In this document: in pieces, positions 22,690 to 32,000 of the stretch
How the letters are laid out: each line of letters begins with the position of its first letter
Numbering within the stretch: the first letter of the stretch is position 1
Assembly (NCBI RefSeq): GCF_023585785.1
Contig: NZ_CP097765.1
Coordinates: 60,001 to 92,000, forward strand
Length of the DNA stretch: 32,000 nt
Origin: Blochmannia endosymbiont of Camponotus modoc
GTDB taxonomy: Bacteria; Pseudomonadota; Gammaproteobacteria; Enterobacterales; Enterobacteriaceae
Direction of reading: 5' to 3'
Made by a program: the position numbers and the translations under genes
The notes under the pieces: model-generated
Seen by the model: only the letters and a program-made list of their open reading frames with translations
What the model was told of the DNA's origin: nothing
The model's database searches: none

Positions 22690-23613
22690 TTAATATAAAG
22701 AAGATTCTCCAGGAGGACGGGTTTTAAATCGACGATGTAACCACATATATTGGTCAGGGGCTAGTAAGATTACTTGCTCGATTAATTTATTAATGTGTTT
22801 GATCATATTGATATTCGTATCTAAAGGTATTTCATCTTGTTGATTTGGTAAAATTAGTAGTTCATATCCGAGAATATTAGGTAATCTGCGTGCCACAAAA
22901 GGAACAATTGCAGGTTTGGCTATTTTTGCGAGTATATAAGTACCGATAGTACTCGCTGCATTTGACACTGCGAATAAGGGAGCAAATACACTGTTTTTAT
23001 ATCCATAATCATGATCTGGTGCATACCAAATAATTTCACCGTGTTGTAAAGCTTTGATCATGCCTTTAATATTAGTACGGTCCAACATGGTTTTATTCGA
23101 TCTTAATCGTCCTTTAGTTTGTAACCAGTTTAATAATGGATTATTATTAGGACGGTAGACACCAATGCCTGGATTTAGCATACCTAAAATTCGTGCACCT
23201 AATTCTAAAGTGAAAAAATGCATTCCAATCAGTAATATGCCTTGATTTTTTTTTCGTGCTTGGGTTATATTATCTAGTCCATTAATTTTAAACCAGCGTT
23301 TAATTCTATGTTCTGACCAAAACCAAGCCATTCCAGTTTCAAATATCCCCATACCTATCGATTCACAATTTTTGTTGAACAATTTTTTTTGTTCTTGACT
23401 TGGTAAATTAGGAAAACAGAGTTCTAAGTTTCTACGAATAATATGCATGCGATTTATCATAAAATATTTTGTAATACGACCAATTCTAGTACCAAGATAG
23501 TGTATGATAGGATAAGGGAGTAGTACTAAAATATATAATGTTCCTATACCTATCCAGATTAACCAAAATCGTGGTTGCAAGAAAGAGTAATTAAAAACCG
23601 GAAGTTTTCTCAT
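22690..23613 (-). CDS. lpxL: Kdo2-lipid IVA lauroyltransferase (LpxL/HtrB)
   Basis: 307-aa ORF; LPxF...FWLIWIGIG, RRNLELCFPNL, HFFTLELGARIL (HX4E motif), ETGMAWFW. Confidence 0.93.
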   Translation of the reverse strand: MRKLPVFNYSFLQPRFWLIWIGIGTLYILVLLPYPIIHYLGTRIGRITKYFMINRMHIIRRNLELCFPNLPSQEQKKLFNKNCESIGMGIFETGMAWFWSEHRIKRWFKINGLDNITQARKKNQGILLIGMHFFTLELGARILGMLNPGIGVYRPNNNPLLNWLQTKGRLRSNKTMLDRTNIKGMIKALQHGEIIWYAPDHDYGYKNSVFAPLFAVSNAASTIGTYILAKIAKPAIVPFVARRLPNILGYELLILPNQQDEIPLDTNINMIKHINKLIEQVILLAPDQYMWLHRRFKTRPPGESSLY

Positions 23614-24018
23614 ATGCAGCAGTCAACATCATATAAACGGCATAATAAAAATGTATTAGCGTATATTTACAGTATTAATTGTTACAATCATATATATTTT
23701 AGGCATTTATTTTTATAAAATTGTACGTATCTATACTAAATATAGAATATCTTAAATTGTTTATGTAATTTTGCAGCGAATAAAATTTTTTAAAATTAGA
23801 CATATAGGTTCATGCGTGTAGACAATATATTTATGTTAATTAGTTATTTCTTTAGAGGTTGTAAAGCTTAAAAATCAGGATATAATTGTAAATTTATTTT
23901 ATTAAAAAATAAAGAATTAGTTTTTATTTTGGATTATATTTTGGACATATGAAAGGTATGTGTATGTAACGAGCTTTCGAGAGTTATTTTAGCGCTATGT
24001 CACATTTATTTAGTAGTA

Positions 24019-26610
24019 TTATTGCATTTTTTTTAAGGTAATTTTTTCTCGACGTTGTTGTAATCGGTATTTAAAATTTATACGAAAATGACGAGAAGAT
24101 CGGCGTATACGCCGAATCAGTTGTGTACGGTTATTGTTGTTTTGTTGAGATATGTTGTTATTCTGTTTAGCAGTGCTATGCTTAAAATGTGGATAATGTA
24201 TGATAGTATTGGTATTTTTTGGAATATGTAGAGTATTTGACATCAAATCAGAGGTATGAATATTTTTAGAATTATCAATAGTATTAGAATTTACTTCAGC
24301 AACGGTAGTTTTTTTGTCAAAAATGCGGGAATCTGGTGTATTATATGTTCTGTAGGAATTGATATTTATAGATGCTACTGGTTCTTTATTTACTTGCATA
24401 TGTAAGTTGTGTTCAGATTGGTGATGTTTTCGCCATATCCAATATTCTGAATGATGTGCCTTATTTAAGTACTGATGTTTAACGTCGTGCGTATATCTTT
24501 TTTTATATCTCTGTATAGATGGTTTTTTCGTTATTTTTTCAAGAGACTGTATTGGATCAGTGTAGCAGGGAGTAGGTGCAGATTTGTAAATATTGTCATT
24601 AAATTTTGATAGAGACTTAGTATTATTATTATTTTTATTAAAAAAATCTGTTATTTTTTTACGATTATTTAAATCAGTTTTATTTTTTGTATTATGGGTA
24701 TAATTTTTTTTATTATTATTGTTGTATTTAGAATAAAAATTCGGATATGATTTTAAATAATGATTTACGGTCTGAGACGGTTTGTGTTGATATATAATTT
24801 TAGTGTATATCCAATTGATGTTTTTGGTGATTATTTTTGATAATATTTGTTTTAAATTATTATAACTTGTGATACATAAACTGAGTATTTTATGGCAACG
24901 ATTTTTGATTTTATCAAACCATGGTATTTCTCTTTTTGATTTAAATTGCAATTTGAAATTTGCATAATAAAAAATTTTATTATAAGTAGGTACTAAATTT
25001 GATGGGGTGTTTGTTGTTGACTGTAGTTTTTCTGTAGTATCAGTGTAATTTGAAGAAATTATTTCTCCTGATGATTGGGTTATTTCATAGTCTTGATTTG
25101 TTGCTAACAAATAGCTTGGTTTATTGTATGTTTCTCCTTTACGTATACGTCGTATTTCGTAATTTGGAGTTTTCATTTGTTCGTAAGGCACTATAATGGC
25201 ACGTACTCCTTTTTGTCGTTGTTCTATATCGCTAATGGCTTTTCTTTTTTCATTGAGTAAATATGAGGCGATAGCTACAGGAACGATAGCATGTACTTCA
25301 TAGGTATTATCCTTTAGTGCTTCTTCTTCAATTAAACGTAAAATTGATAGAGAAAGAGATTCATTGTCACGAATGCTGCCTGTTCCGCTGCAACGCGGGC
25401 AAATATGATGACTTGATTCTCCAAGCGACGTACTTAATCTTTGTCTAGATAGTTCTAATAAACCAAATTTAGAAATATGTCCTATTTGAATGCGGGCGCG
25501 ATCTTGATGCACCGCTATTTTTAGGCTATTTTCAATTTCTCGTTGATGTCGAATTGGAGTCATGTCTATGAAATCTATAACAATTAATCCACCTACATCA
25601 CGAAGACGTAACTGACGCGCTATTTCATCAGTTGCTTCTAAATTGGTATGAAAAGCTGTATCTTCAATGTCTGCTCCTTTAGTAGAGCGTGCAGAATTAA
25701 TATCGATTGCTGTTAGAGCTTCGGTAGTATCTATAACAATGGAGCCTCCAGATGGCAATCTTACTTCTCGTTGAAACGCTGATTCTATTTGAGATTCTAT
25801 CTGGTAGTGACTAAATAAAGGAATATCGCCATTATAAAATTTTATTTTTTTAATGAAATCTGGGCGACCTAAAGAAGTTATATGTTCTTTAGCTAAATTC
25901 ATAATTTTGGGATTATCAATCAGAATTTCTCCTATATCTGGGCGTAAATAATCTCTAAATGCACGCACAATAACATTACTATCCTGATGAATTAAAAAAG
26001 GAGCAAAGTGCTTTTCTGCAGTATTTTTGATGGCTTTCCAATGTTGTAAACGAGAAGTTAAATCCCATTCTAATGCCTCGATAGATTTTCCCAGCCCAGC
26101 GGTACGAATAATTAAACTCATTCCTTCAGGTAATTCTAAAGTAGATAGAATTTCTTTTAATCCGACACGATCGTTTCCCTCAATTCGTCTTGAGATTCCA
26201 CCGGATTTGGGATTATTTGGCATGAGTACTAAATAGCTACCTGCTAAACTGATAAAAGTAGTTAATGCAGCACCTTTATTGCCTCTTTCTTCTTTATCTA
26301 TTTGTACAATTAGTTCTTGTCCTTCACATAAAATTTCCTTAATATTGAATTTATTATAGGAAGATGACGAAGAAAGAAAATATTCGTGCGAAATTTCTTT
26401 TATAGGAAGAAATCCGTGTCGTTCGACGCCATAATCTACAAATACTGCTTCTAAACTAGGTTCAATTCGGATAATTTTTCCTTTATAAATATTTGATTTC
26501 TTTTGTTCATGACCCACTGTTTCAATATCTAGATCATATAATCGTTGCCCATCTACTAATGCTACTCGTAATTCTTCTTGCTGAGTAGCGTTAATTAACA
26601 TTCTTTTCAT
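24019..26610 (-). CDS. rne: ribonuclease E (catalytic half plus a shortened, divergent C-terminal region)
   Basis: 863-aa ORF; [31 protein letters not shown]...[37 protein letters not shown]-type DNase-I-like motif, zinc-link [11 protein letters not shown]. Confidence 0.96.
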   Translation of the reverse strand: MKRMLINATQQEELRVALVDGQRLYDLDIETVGHEQKKSNIYKGKIIRIEPSLEAVFVDYGVERHGFLPIKEISHEYFLSSSSSYNKFNIKEILCEGQELIVQIDKEERGNKGAALTTFISLAGSYLVLMPNNPKSGGISRRIEGNDRVGLKEILSTLELPEGMSLIIRTAGLGKSIEALEWDLTSRLQHWKAIKNTAEKHFAPFLIHQDSNVIVRAFRDYLRPDIGEILIDNPKIMNLAKEHITSLGRPDFIKKIKFYNGDIPLFSHYQIESQIESAFQREVRLPSGGSIVIDTTEALTAIDINSARSTKGADIEDTAFHTNLEATDEIARQLRLRDVGGLIVIDFIDMTPIRHQREIENSLKIAVHQDRARIQIGHISKFGLLELSRQRLSTSLGESSHHICPRCSGTGSIRDNESLSLSILRLIEEEALKDNTYEVHAIVPVAIASYLLNEKRKAISDIEQRQKGVRAIIVPYEQMKTPNYEIRRIRKGETYNKPSYLLATNQDYEITQSSGEIISSNYTDTTEKLQSTTNTPSNLVPTYNKIFYYANFKLQFKSKREIPWFDKIKNRCHKILSLCITSYNNLKQILSKIITKNINWIYTKIIYQHKPSQTVNHYLKSYPNFYSKYNNNNKKNYTHNTKNKTDLNNRKKITDFFNKNNNNTKSLSKFNDNIYKSAPTPCYTDPIQSLEKITKKPSIQRYKKRYTHDVKHQYLNKAHHSEYWIWRKHHQSEHNLHMQVNKEPVASININSYRTYNTPDSRIFDKKTTVAEVNSNTIDNSKNIHTSDLMSNTLHIPKNTNTIIHYPHFKHSTAKQNNNISQQNNNNRTQLIRRIRRSSRHFRINFKYRLQQRREKITLKKMQ

Positions 26611-27112
26611 TATAATTTTTGCTCAATGTTGATATATTGAAATATAGATATTTTGATTTAAATATCTAATTATTTTCAGTATTTTTATAGTTTGATGTTT
26701 AATAGATTTGCATTTACAACTTAAATGTATAATTATTTTTTGTCTAGAAGGTTCCTGGAATTGTTAATAAATATATCTATGCAAATCATAATATTAGTTA
26801 TCGATAGACTATTGTATTGTACATAACATCATTACGAATGATATTTATTATTGTTGTTATTTTTAGAATATATCAGTTATAAGTAATCTTATTGTAATCA
26901 AATAAACTAATAATTGTACTTGGTATTAGATGAAAAATAACACTGTAAAAATTATATACGTGTGAAATTAAATGTTTTAATTTAAAATTATTAATTGCGA
27001 ATATTAAATATATTAATTTTACAGTATTTATTATGCAAACTTATATTAGCTTGCTAAAAATTATAATTTTTTTCATTATCTTTATCATTATTATATTAAA
27101 ACAATTATGTAA

Positions 27113-28099
27113 TTGCCATGGTTTCTTATGAAAGAACATGATATTCATATACATTTTATTAGAATTTCTTCAAATTCTTCTGGTCAAAGAATTGATAATT
27201 TTTTGTATACTTATTTAAAAGTAGCACCTAAATCTATGATTTATAGAATTATACGAACTGGCGTAATACGTGTTAACAAAAAAAGAATTAAATTTCAGTA
27301 TAAGTTGCAAATAGGAGATTTATTAAGAATTCCTCCAATAAGAGGAATAAAAATTAATAGATTTAATACGAAATATATGGAAGAAGTTGCATTTTTACAG
27401 AATATCATAATTTATGAAGATGATGATTTATTAGCACTGAACAAGCCTACTGGTATTGCTGCGCATGGAGGAAGTGGTCTTAAATTTGGTGTTATTGAAG
27501 GATTACGAGCATTGCGTCCTAAAGCACAGTTTTTAGAGTTAGTTCATCGTTTAGATCGAGAAACTTCTGGTGTGTTATTAGTGGCTAAAAGACGTACTGC
27601 TTTAGTATATTTACATGAACAGTTACGTTTACAAAATATGAAAAAGGAATATTTAGCTTTAGTACATGGAAGATGGGATGTAAATCTACAAATAGTATCC
27701 GCGCCATTGTTTAAAAAAAACACTTTATTTAACAGTAACAGAGTTGTTTACATAGACTCTGAAAAGGGAAAATTTTCTACAACTCATTTTCAAATTAAAG
27801 AACATTTTGATAGTGTAGCGACTTTTCTGGCAATTAAACCTATTACTGGACGCACACATCAGATTAGAGTACATACTCAATACGTGAGTCATCCTATTGT
27901 AGGGGATAACCGGTATGGTAATTATCAGTCTAATATTCGATTTAAACGATTTGGATTTAATCGATTATTTTTACATGCTTCTATATTGCGTTTTATACAT
28001 CCAAACACAAAAAAAAATTTCCATATACATGCGCCATTAGGTCAATCATTTCAGAATTGCTTATTTTTTTTAAGAAATTTATCTATAAAAAAGTTATGA
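27113..28099 (+). CDS. rluC: 23S rRNA pseudouridine synthase RluC
   Basis: 328-aa ORF; S4-like GQRIDNFLYTYLK...KSMIYRIIRTGVIRVNKKRIK, catalytic HRLDRETSGVLLVAK, GRTHQIRVHTQY. True start may be a few codons in. Confidence 0.94.
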   Translation: MPWFLMKEHDIHIHFIRISSNSSGQRIDNFLYTYLKVAPKSMIYRIIRTGVIRVNKKRIKFQYKLQIGDLLRIPPIRGIKINRFNTKYMEEVAFLQNIIIYEDDDLLALNKPTGIAAHGGSGLKFGVIEGLRALRPKAQFLELVHRLDRETSGVLLVAKRRTALVYLHEQLRLQNMKKEYLALVHGRWDVNLQIVSAPLFKKNTLFNSNRVVYIDSEKGKFSTTHFQIKEHFDSVATFLAIKPITGRTHQIRVHTQYVSHPIVGDNRYGNYQSNIRFKRFGFNRLFLHASILRFIHPNTKKNFHIHAPLGQSFQNCLFFLRNLSIKKL

Positions 28100-29045
28100 T
28101 TGTTTATTGGAAAATATTAGTAAAAATATAGATAATTTAAAATAATTAAAAATTGATTATTGTTAATTTCTATTAGAAGGATGATATGTGTAATTTTATT
28201 TTAAAATAATTGTGCCGATTTATTTTTTTTAATAAAAAATATAAGTAAATTAAACATTGATTTAATTACTTATTTTTAATAAAAACATTTTATGAAACAT
28301 GAATTTTTTGGAGTAACCGTATAATTGAATTATTAACTATGTAGTTAATGTTAATTACAAATATTTAGAAACTTTATCTTAAAGAATAAAAAAATTAATC
28401 AATTGTTTTGATGACTTATGAAGTACATGTATATTTTAGCAATGTTGATTATGAGTAAGAATGTAATCTGTAGGATGATCTATATAATATCATGAGTTAA
28501 GGATTGTATATATTTAAATGAATTGAATTTTGTTGAAATATATCATGAAATTTTATTGGTTGAATTGATGTGTTAGTAATTGATGTTAAAAGATCTATTT
28601 TTAATGTGTCTTAAATGATATTTTTTATTTTAAAAAGCAGTAAGTTCATAAAATGAAACTGTAAAAATATAGCATTATGATATATTGGTATATTTTATAT
28701 CAATTTATTTTTTATACAATTTAAAATATATAGTTATGTGTGTAAATGCAGTGATTACATGGGGTCACTATTTTTTAAACAGTTAGAAACATGTTTTGTG
28801 ATAATGTAAAAAAGGTAGGTTGAATAAATAAAAAATTATATTTGCGGAACGATAGATAATTAATCATAATATATTTTTTGGTAAATAATTATTTTTATAT
28901 TGAAAATGAACAATATTTTTATCTTAAAAAACTACATGGTGTGTAATAAATAAGTGAATATTTTAATTATTAGTCGATTTCATTAGGATTAGATCGGTCT
29001 TTGGATGAAAAATAATATTGAAATATATCAAAAGGAGAGTATAGC

Positions 29046-29216
29046 ATGGCTGTACAACAAAATAAATCTACTCGTTCTACAAGAGGAATGCGTCGTTCTC
29101 ATCATGCGCTGCGCTTGGTTACTATATCAGTAGATCGGACATCTGGAGAAACACATCGACGTCATTATGTTACTTTTGATGGATTTTATCGTGGGCGAAA
29201 AATGATTGAGAAGTAA
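29046..29216 (+). CDS. rpmF: 50S ribosomal protein L32
   Basis: 56-aa ORF below the track cutoff: [63 protein letters not shown] ribosome-binding motif upstream. Confidence 0.96.
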   Translation: MAVQQNKSTRSTRGMRRSHHALRLVTISVDRTSGETHRRHYVTFDGFYRGRKMIEK

Positions 29217-29219
29217 TTT

Positions 29220-30275
29220 TTGAAAAACGATATACAGTTACAAAATTTGGTTATTGCATTAGATGCAATGGGTGGCGATTTTGGTCCTGTGGTAACGGTG
29301 CCTGCTTCTTTAAAAGCATTATCTTTATATCCACAACTTAGATTGTTACTTGTTGGAGATCCTGATGCAATTTTACCCATATTAGCAGAATCAAAATCTA
29401 TAAGTATTGATAGATTAACTGTTATTCCATCAAAATCGGTAATCAGAGGAGATGTGAGGCCTGCTCAGGCTATCAGAGTGAGCAAAGATACCTCGATGCG
29501 TGTAGCTTTAGAGCTTATCAAGTCAGGTCGCGCTCACGCTTGTGTTAGCGCAGGAAATACAGGGGCTCTCATGGGTTTATCTAAATTAGTACTTAAATCT
29601 GTACACGGTATTGAACGCCCTGCTTTAACGACGTTGCTGCCGCATCAAAAACAAGGAAAAACTGTTATTTTGGATTTAGGAGCGAATATTTCATGTGACG
29701 GCGCAATGCTGGTACAGTTTGCGATCATGGGTTCAGTATTATCAAAGCAAATTTTAGGAGTAAGTAATCCAAGAGTAGCATTATTAAATATCGGATCAGA
29801 AGAAACTAAAGGATTAGATAATATTCGTCACGCTTCCAGGATATTGCATACTATTTCATCAATTCATTATGTTGGTTATATTGAGGCGAATGATTTATTA
29901 TTGGGGAAAACAGATGTTTTGGTTTGTGATGGATTTATTGGCAATATTACTTTAAAGACTATGGAAGGGGTGATAAGAGTTATTTTATCAACATTACAAT
30001 CGTCAGGAAAAAAAAATAAGCCGAACTGGTTTATGCAAATTGTTAATTTTTGGATCAGAAAGTATCTGTTTAAGCAATTTAATCAATTTGACCCTGATTG
30101 GTATAATGGCGCTCACTTGGTAGGTTTGCGTAGTACGGTAATAAAAAGTCATGGAGCAGCTAATCAACACGCATTTATCGCCGCTATCACACAGGCAATG
30201 CATTCCGTGGAACGGGAGGTTCCAGAAAAAATTTCTCATCAATTAAGCGCAGTGCTATCTAAAAATAATCATTAA
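29220..30275 (+). CDS. plsX: phosphate acyltransferase PlsX (apparent TTG start)
   Basis: 351-aa ORF; [57 protein letters not shown]. Directly downstream of rpmF. Confidence 0.95.
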   Translation: MKNDIQLQNLVIALDAMGGDFGPVVTVPASLKALSLYPQLRLLLVGDPDAILPILAESKSISIDRLTVIPSKSVIRGDVRPAQAIRVSKDTSMRVALELIKSGRAHACVSAGNTGALMGLSKLVLKSVHGIERPALTTLLPHQKQGKTVILDLGANISCDGAMLVQFAIMGSVLSKQILGVSNPRVALLNIGSEETKGLDNIRHASRILHTISSIHYVGYIEANDLLLGKTDVLVCDGFIGNITLKTMEGVIRVILSTLQSSGKKNKPNWFMQIVNFWIRKYLFKQFNQFDPDWYNGAHLVGLRSTVIKSHGAANQHAFIAAITQAMHSVEREVPEKISHQLSAVLSKNNH

Positions 30276-30280
30276 TATAC

Positions 30281-31234
30281 ATGTTTACTAGAATTCTTGG
30301 AACAGGGAGTTATTTACCTAAAAACATTAGATCTAATATTGTTTTAGAAAAAATGGTAGATACATCGCATGAATGGATTGTCGCTCGTACTGGTATTCAA
30401 GAACGGCGCATTTCTACCTCTGATGAAACTGTTGCCAAAATGGGTTATTTTGCTGCTAAAAGAGCTTTAGATATGTCTTGTGTGCACGCTGACAAAGTAG
30501 GGATTATTATTGTTGCAACTACATCTTCCAGCCATGCATTTCCTAGTTCAGCATGTCAAATTCAACGTGATCTACATATACGAGATACTATTGCCTTCGA
30601 CTTATCAGCAGCTTGTTCTGGATTTGTTTATGCACTAGGTGTAGCGGATCAATATGTTAAAAATGGAAGCGTAGATTATGCTTTGGTTGTAGGGTCAGAT
30701 ACTTTAAGTCATACTTTAAATCCTAGAGATCGTGGAACGTTGGTTTTATTTGGGGATGGAGCAGGAGCAGTAGTACTTGGTCGCTCGAAAACACCAGGTA
30801 TTATTTCTATTCACTTACATGCAGATGGAGATCATGGGGATTTATTGACTCTTCCTAATTGTAATAGGAAGAGTCCTTCTATATCTAATTATTTAACCAT
30901 GTCTGGCAACAAAGTATTTAAAATAGCTGTTTCTGTTTTAGCACGTGTTATAGATGAAACTTTGAATGTTAATAATTTACATCAAGCTGAATTAGATTGG
31001 TTAGTCCCGCATCAGGCTAATTTAAGAATTATTTCTGCTACTGCTAAACGATTAGATATGGATATGAGAAAAGTAGTAATTACGATTGACAGACATGGGA
31101 ATACATCTGCAGCTTCTGTTCCTTTAGCGTTAGATGAAGCTGTACGTGATGGTCGTATCAAGTCAGGTCAATTAGTATTACTAGAAGCGTTTGGGGCTGG
31201 ATTTACCTGGGGTTCAGCGTTGTTACGGTTTTAA
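30281..31234 (+). CDS. fabH: 3-oxoacyl-[acyl-carrier-protein] synthase III
   Basis: 317-aa ORF; [23 protein letters not shown] (active Cys), [35 protein letters not shown]. Confidence 0.97.
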   Translation: MFTRILGTGSYLPKNIRSNIVLEKMVDTSHEWIVARTGIQERRISTSDETVAKMGYFAAKRALDMSCVHADKVGIIIVATTSSSHAFPSSACQIQRDLHIRDTIAFDLSAACSGFVYALGVADQYVKNGSVDYALVVGSDTLSHTLNPRDRGTLVLFGDGAGAVVLGRSKTPGIISIHLHADGDHGDLLTLPNCNRKSPSISNYLTMSGNKVFKIAVSVLARVIDETLNVNNLHQAELDWLVPHQANLRIISATAKRLDMDMRKVVITIDRHGNTSAASVPLALDEAVRDGRIKSGQLVLLEAFGAGFTWGSALLRF

Positions 31235-31257
31235 TTATGAGAGGAATATTAATTATT

Positions 31258-32000
31258 ATGAATATATTAGCGGTAGTATTTCCAGGACAGGCAGCTCAAC
31301 AAGTAGGGATGCTAAACACTCTTTCGGAACATTATCCGTTAGTAAAAGAGACTTTTTCTGAAGTATCGGAGGTTCTAGGTTATGATATATGGAAATTGGT
31401 ACAACGTGGGCCTGCTACAGAATTAAATAAAACTTATCGAGCACAGCCGGCTATTTTAACAGCTTCAGTAGCTATTTGGAGAATATGGAAACAACAGGGA
31501 GGTTGTACACCAAAGATAATGGCTGGTCATAGTTTAGGAGAATATTCTGCTTTAGTATGCGCGGAAGGTATGGATTTGCATTCTGCAGTTAAATTAGTAA
31601 TGATACGTGGTATGTTGATGCAAGAAGTAGTACCGTATGGACGTGGAGCTATGTCTGTAATTATCGGGCTCAGTGATGATGTTGTTTTTGAATTATGCAA
31701 AGCAGTACAACAAGATCAAATTGTTTCTCCTGCTAGTTTTAATGGGCCTGGACATGTAGTTATTGCCGGACATAAAGAAGCAGTAAATCGTGTCAATTTG
31801 TGTTGTAAAAATGCAGGTGCAAAACATATACTTATGCTGCCGATTAGTGTTCCATCGCATTGCTCATTAATGAAACCAGTAGTTGTAAAGTTCAGAAAAG
31901 AATTAGAAAAAATCGTTATCACTACTCCTAGAATACCAGTAGTAAATAATGTTGATGCGTGTGTTGAGTGGGAACCTAAAGATATTCGTAATGCATTAAT
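31258..32000 (+). CDS. fabD: malonyl-CoA-ACP transacylase, N-terminal part (gene runs off the right edge)
   Basis: Open frame from ATG 31258 to the window end: MNILAVVFPGQAAQQVGML...MAGHSLGEYSALVCAEGMD...SFNGPGHVVIAGHKEAV...PISVPSHCSLMKP...IPVVNNVDA. Confidence 0.95.
   Translation, partial: MNILAVVFPGQAAQQVGMLNTLSEHYPLVKETFSEVSEVLGYDIWKLVQRGPATELNKTYRAQPAILTASVAIWRIWKQQGGCTPKIMAGHSLGEYSALVCAEGMDLHSAVKLVMIRGMLMQEVVPYGRGAMSVIIGLSDDVVFELCKAVQQDQIVSPASFNGPGHVVIAGHKEAVNRVNLCCKNAGAKHILMLPISVPSHCSLMKPVVVKFRKELEKIVITTPRIPVVNNVDACVEWEPKDIRNAL

Noticed and set aside
1-32000. CRISPR array, prophage, insertion sequence, toxin-antitoxin, defence or secretion cluster.
   Set aside because: Looked for spaced repeats, transposase or integrase ORFs and unknown gene clusters; all ORFs with support are core enterobacterial housekeeping genes.

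Overview
This 32 kb AT-rich window looks like the chromosome of a reduced-genome enterobacterial symbiont. The lineage is inferred from protein similarity to E. coli and gene order; I do not assign a genus. Left to right it carries: a complete trp operon on the minus strand (trpE-G-D-CF-B and the 5' end of trpA); ribA isolated between about 3.1 kb and 1.8 kb of apparently non-coding DNA; fabI, ycbL/gloC, aspC, asnS, fabA, hspQ, tusE; tRNA-Ser(UGA); a tRNA-Lys-like gene with a CUU anticodon; pgsA, tRNA-Cys, tRNA-Leu; a frameshifted L,D-transpeptidase gene; lpxL, rne, rluC, rpmF, plsX, fabH and the 5' part of fabD. I estimate only about 65% of the window is coding. I found no CRISPR, phage, transposon, toxin-antitoxin or defence locus, and no convincing new multigene system. 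The best second-look items are: (1) the L,D-transpeptidase frameshift exactly at a 9-nt homopolymer, a candidate for slippage rescue; (2) a 48-bp perfect palindrome between the convergent ycbL and aspC genes; (3) the tRNA-Lys(CUU); (4) RNase E ending just after an arginine-rich segment, without the distal degradosome scaffold; (5) long G-over-C-skewed gene deserts around ribA.
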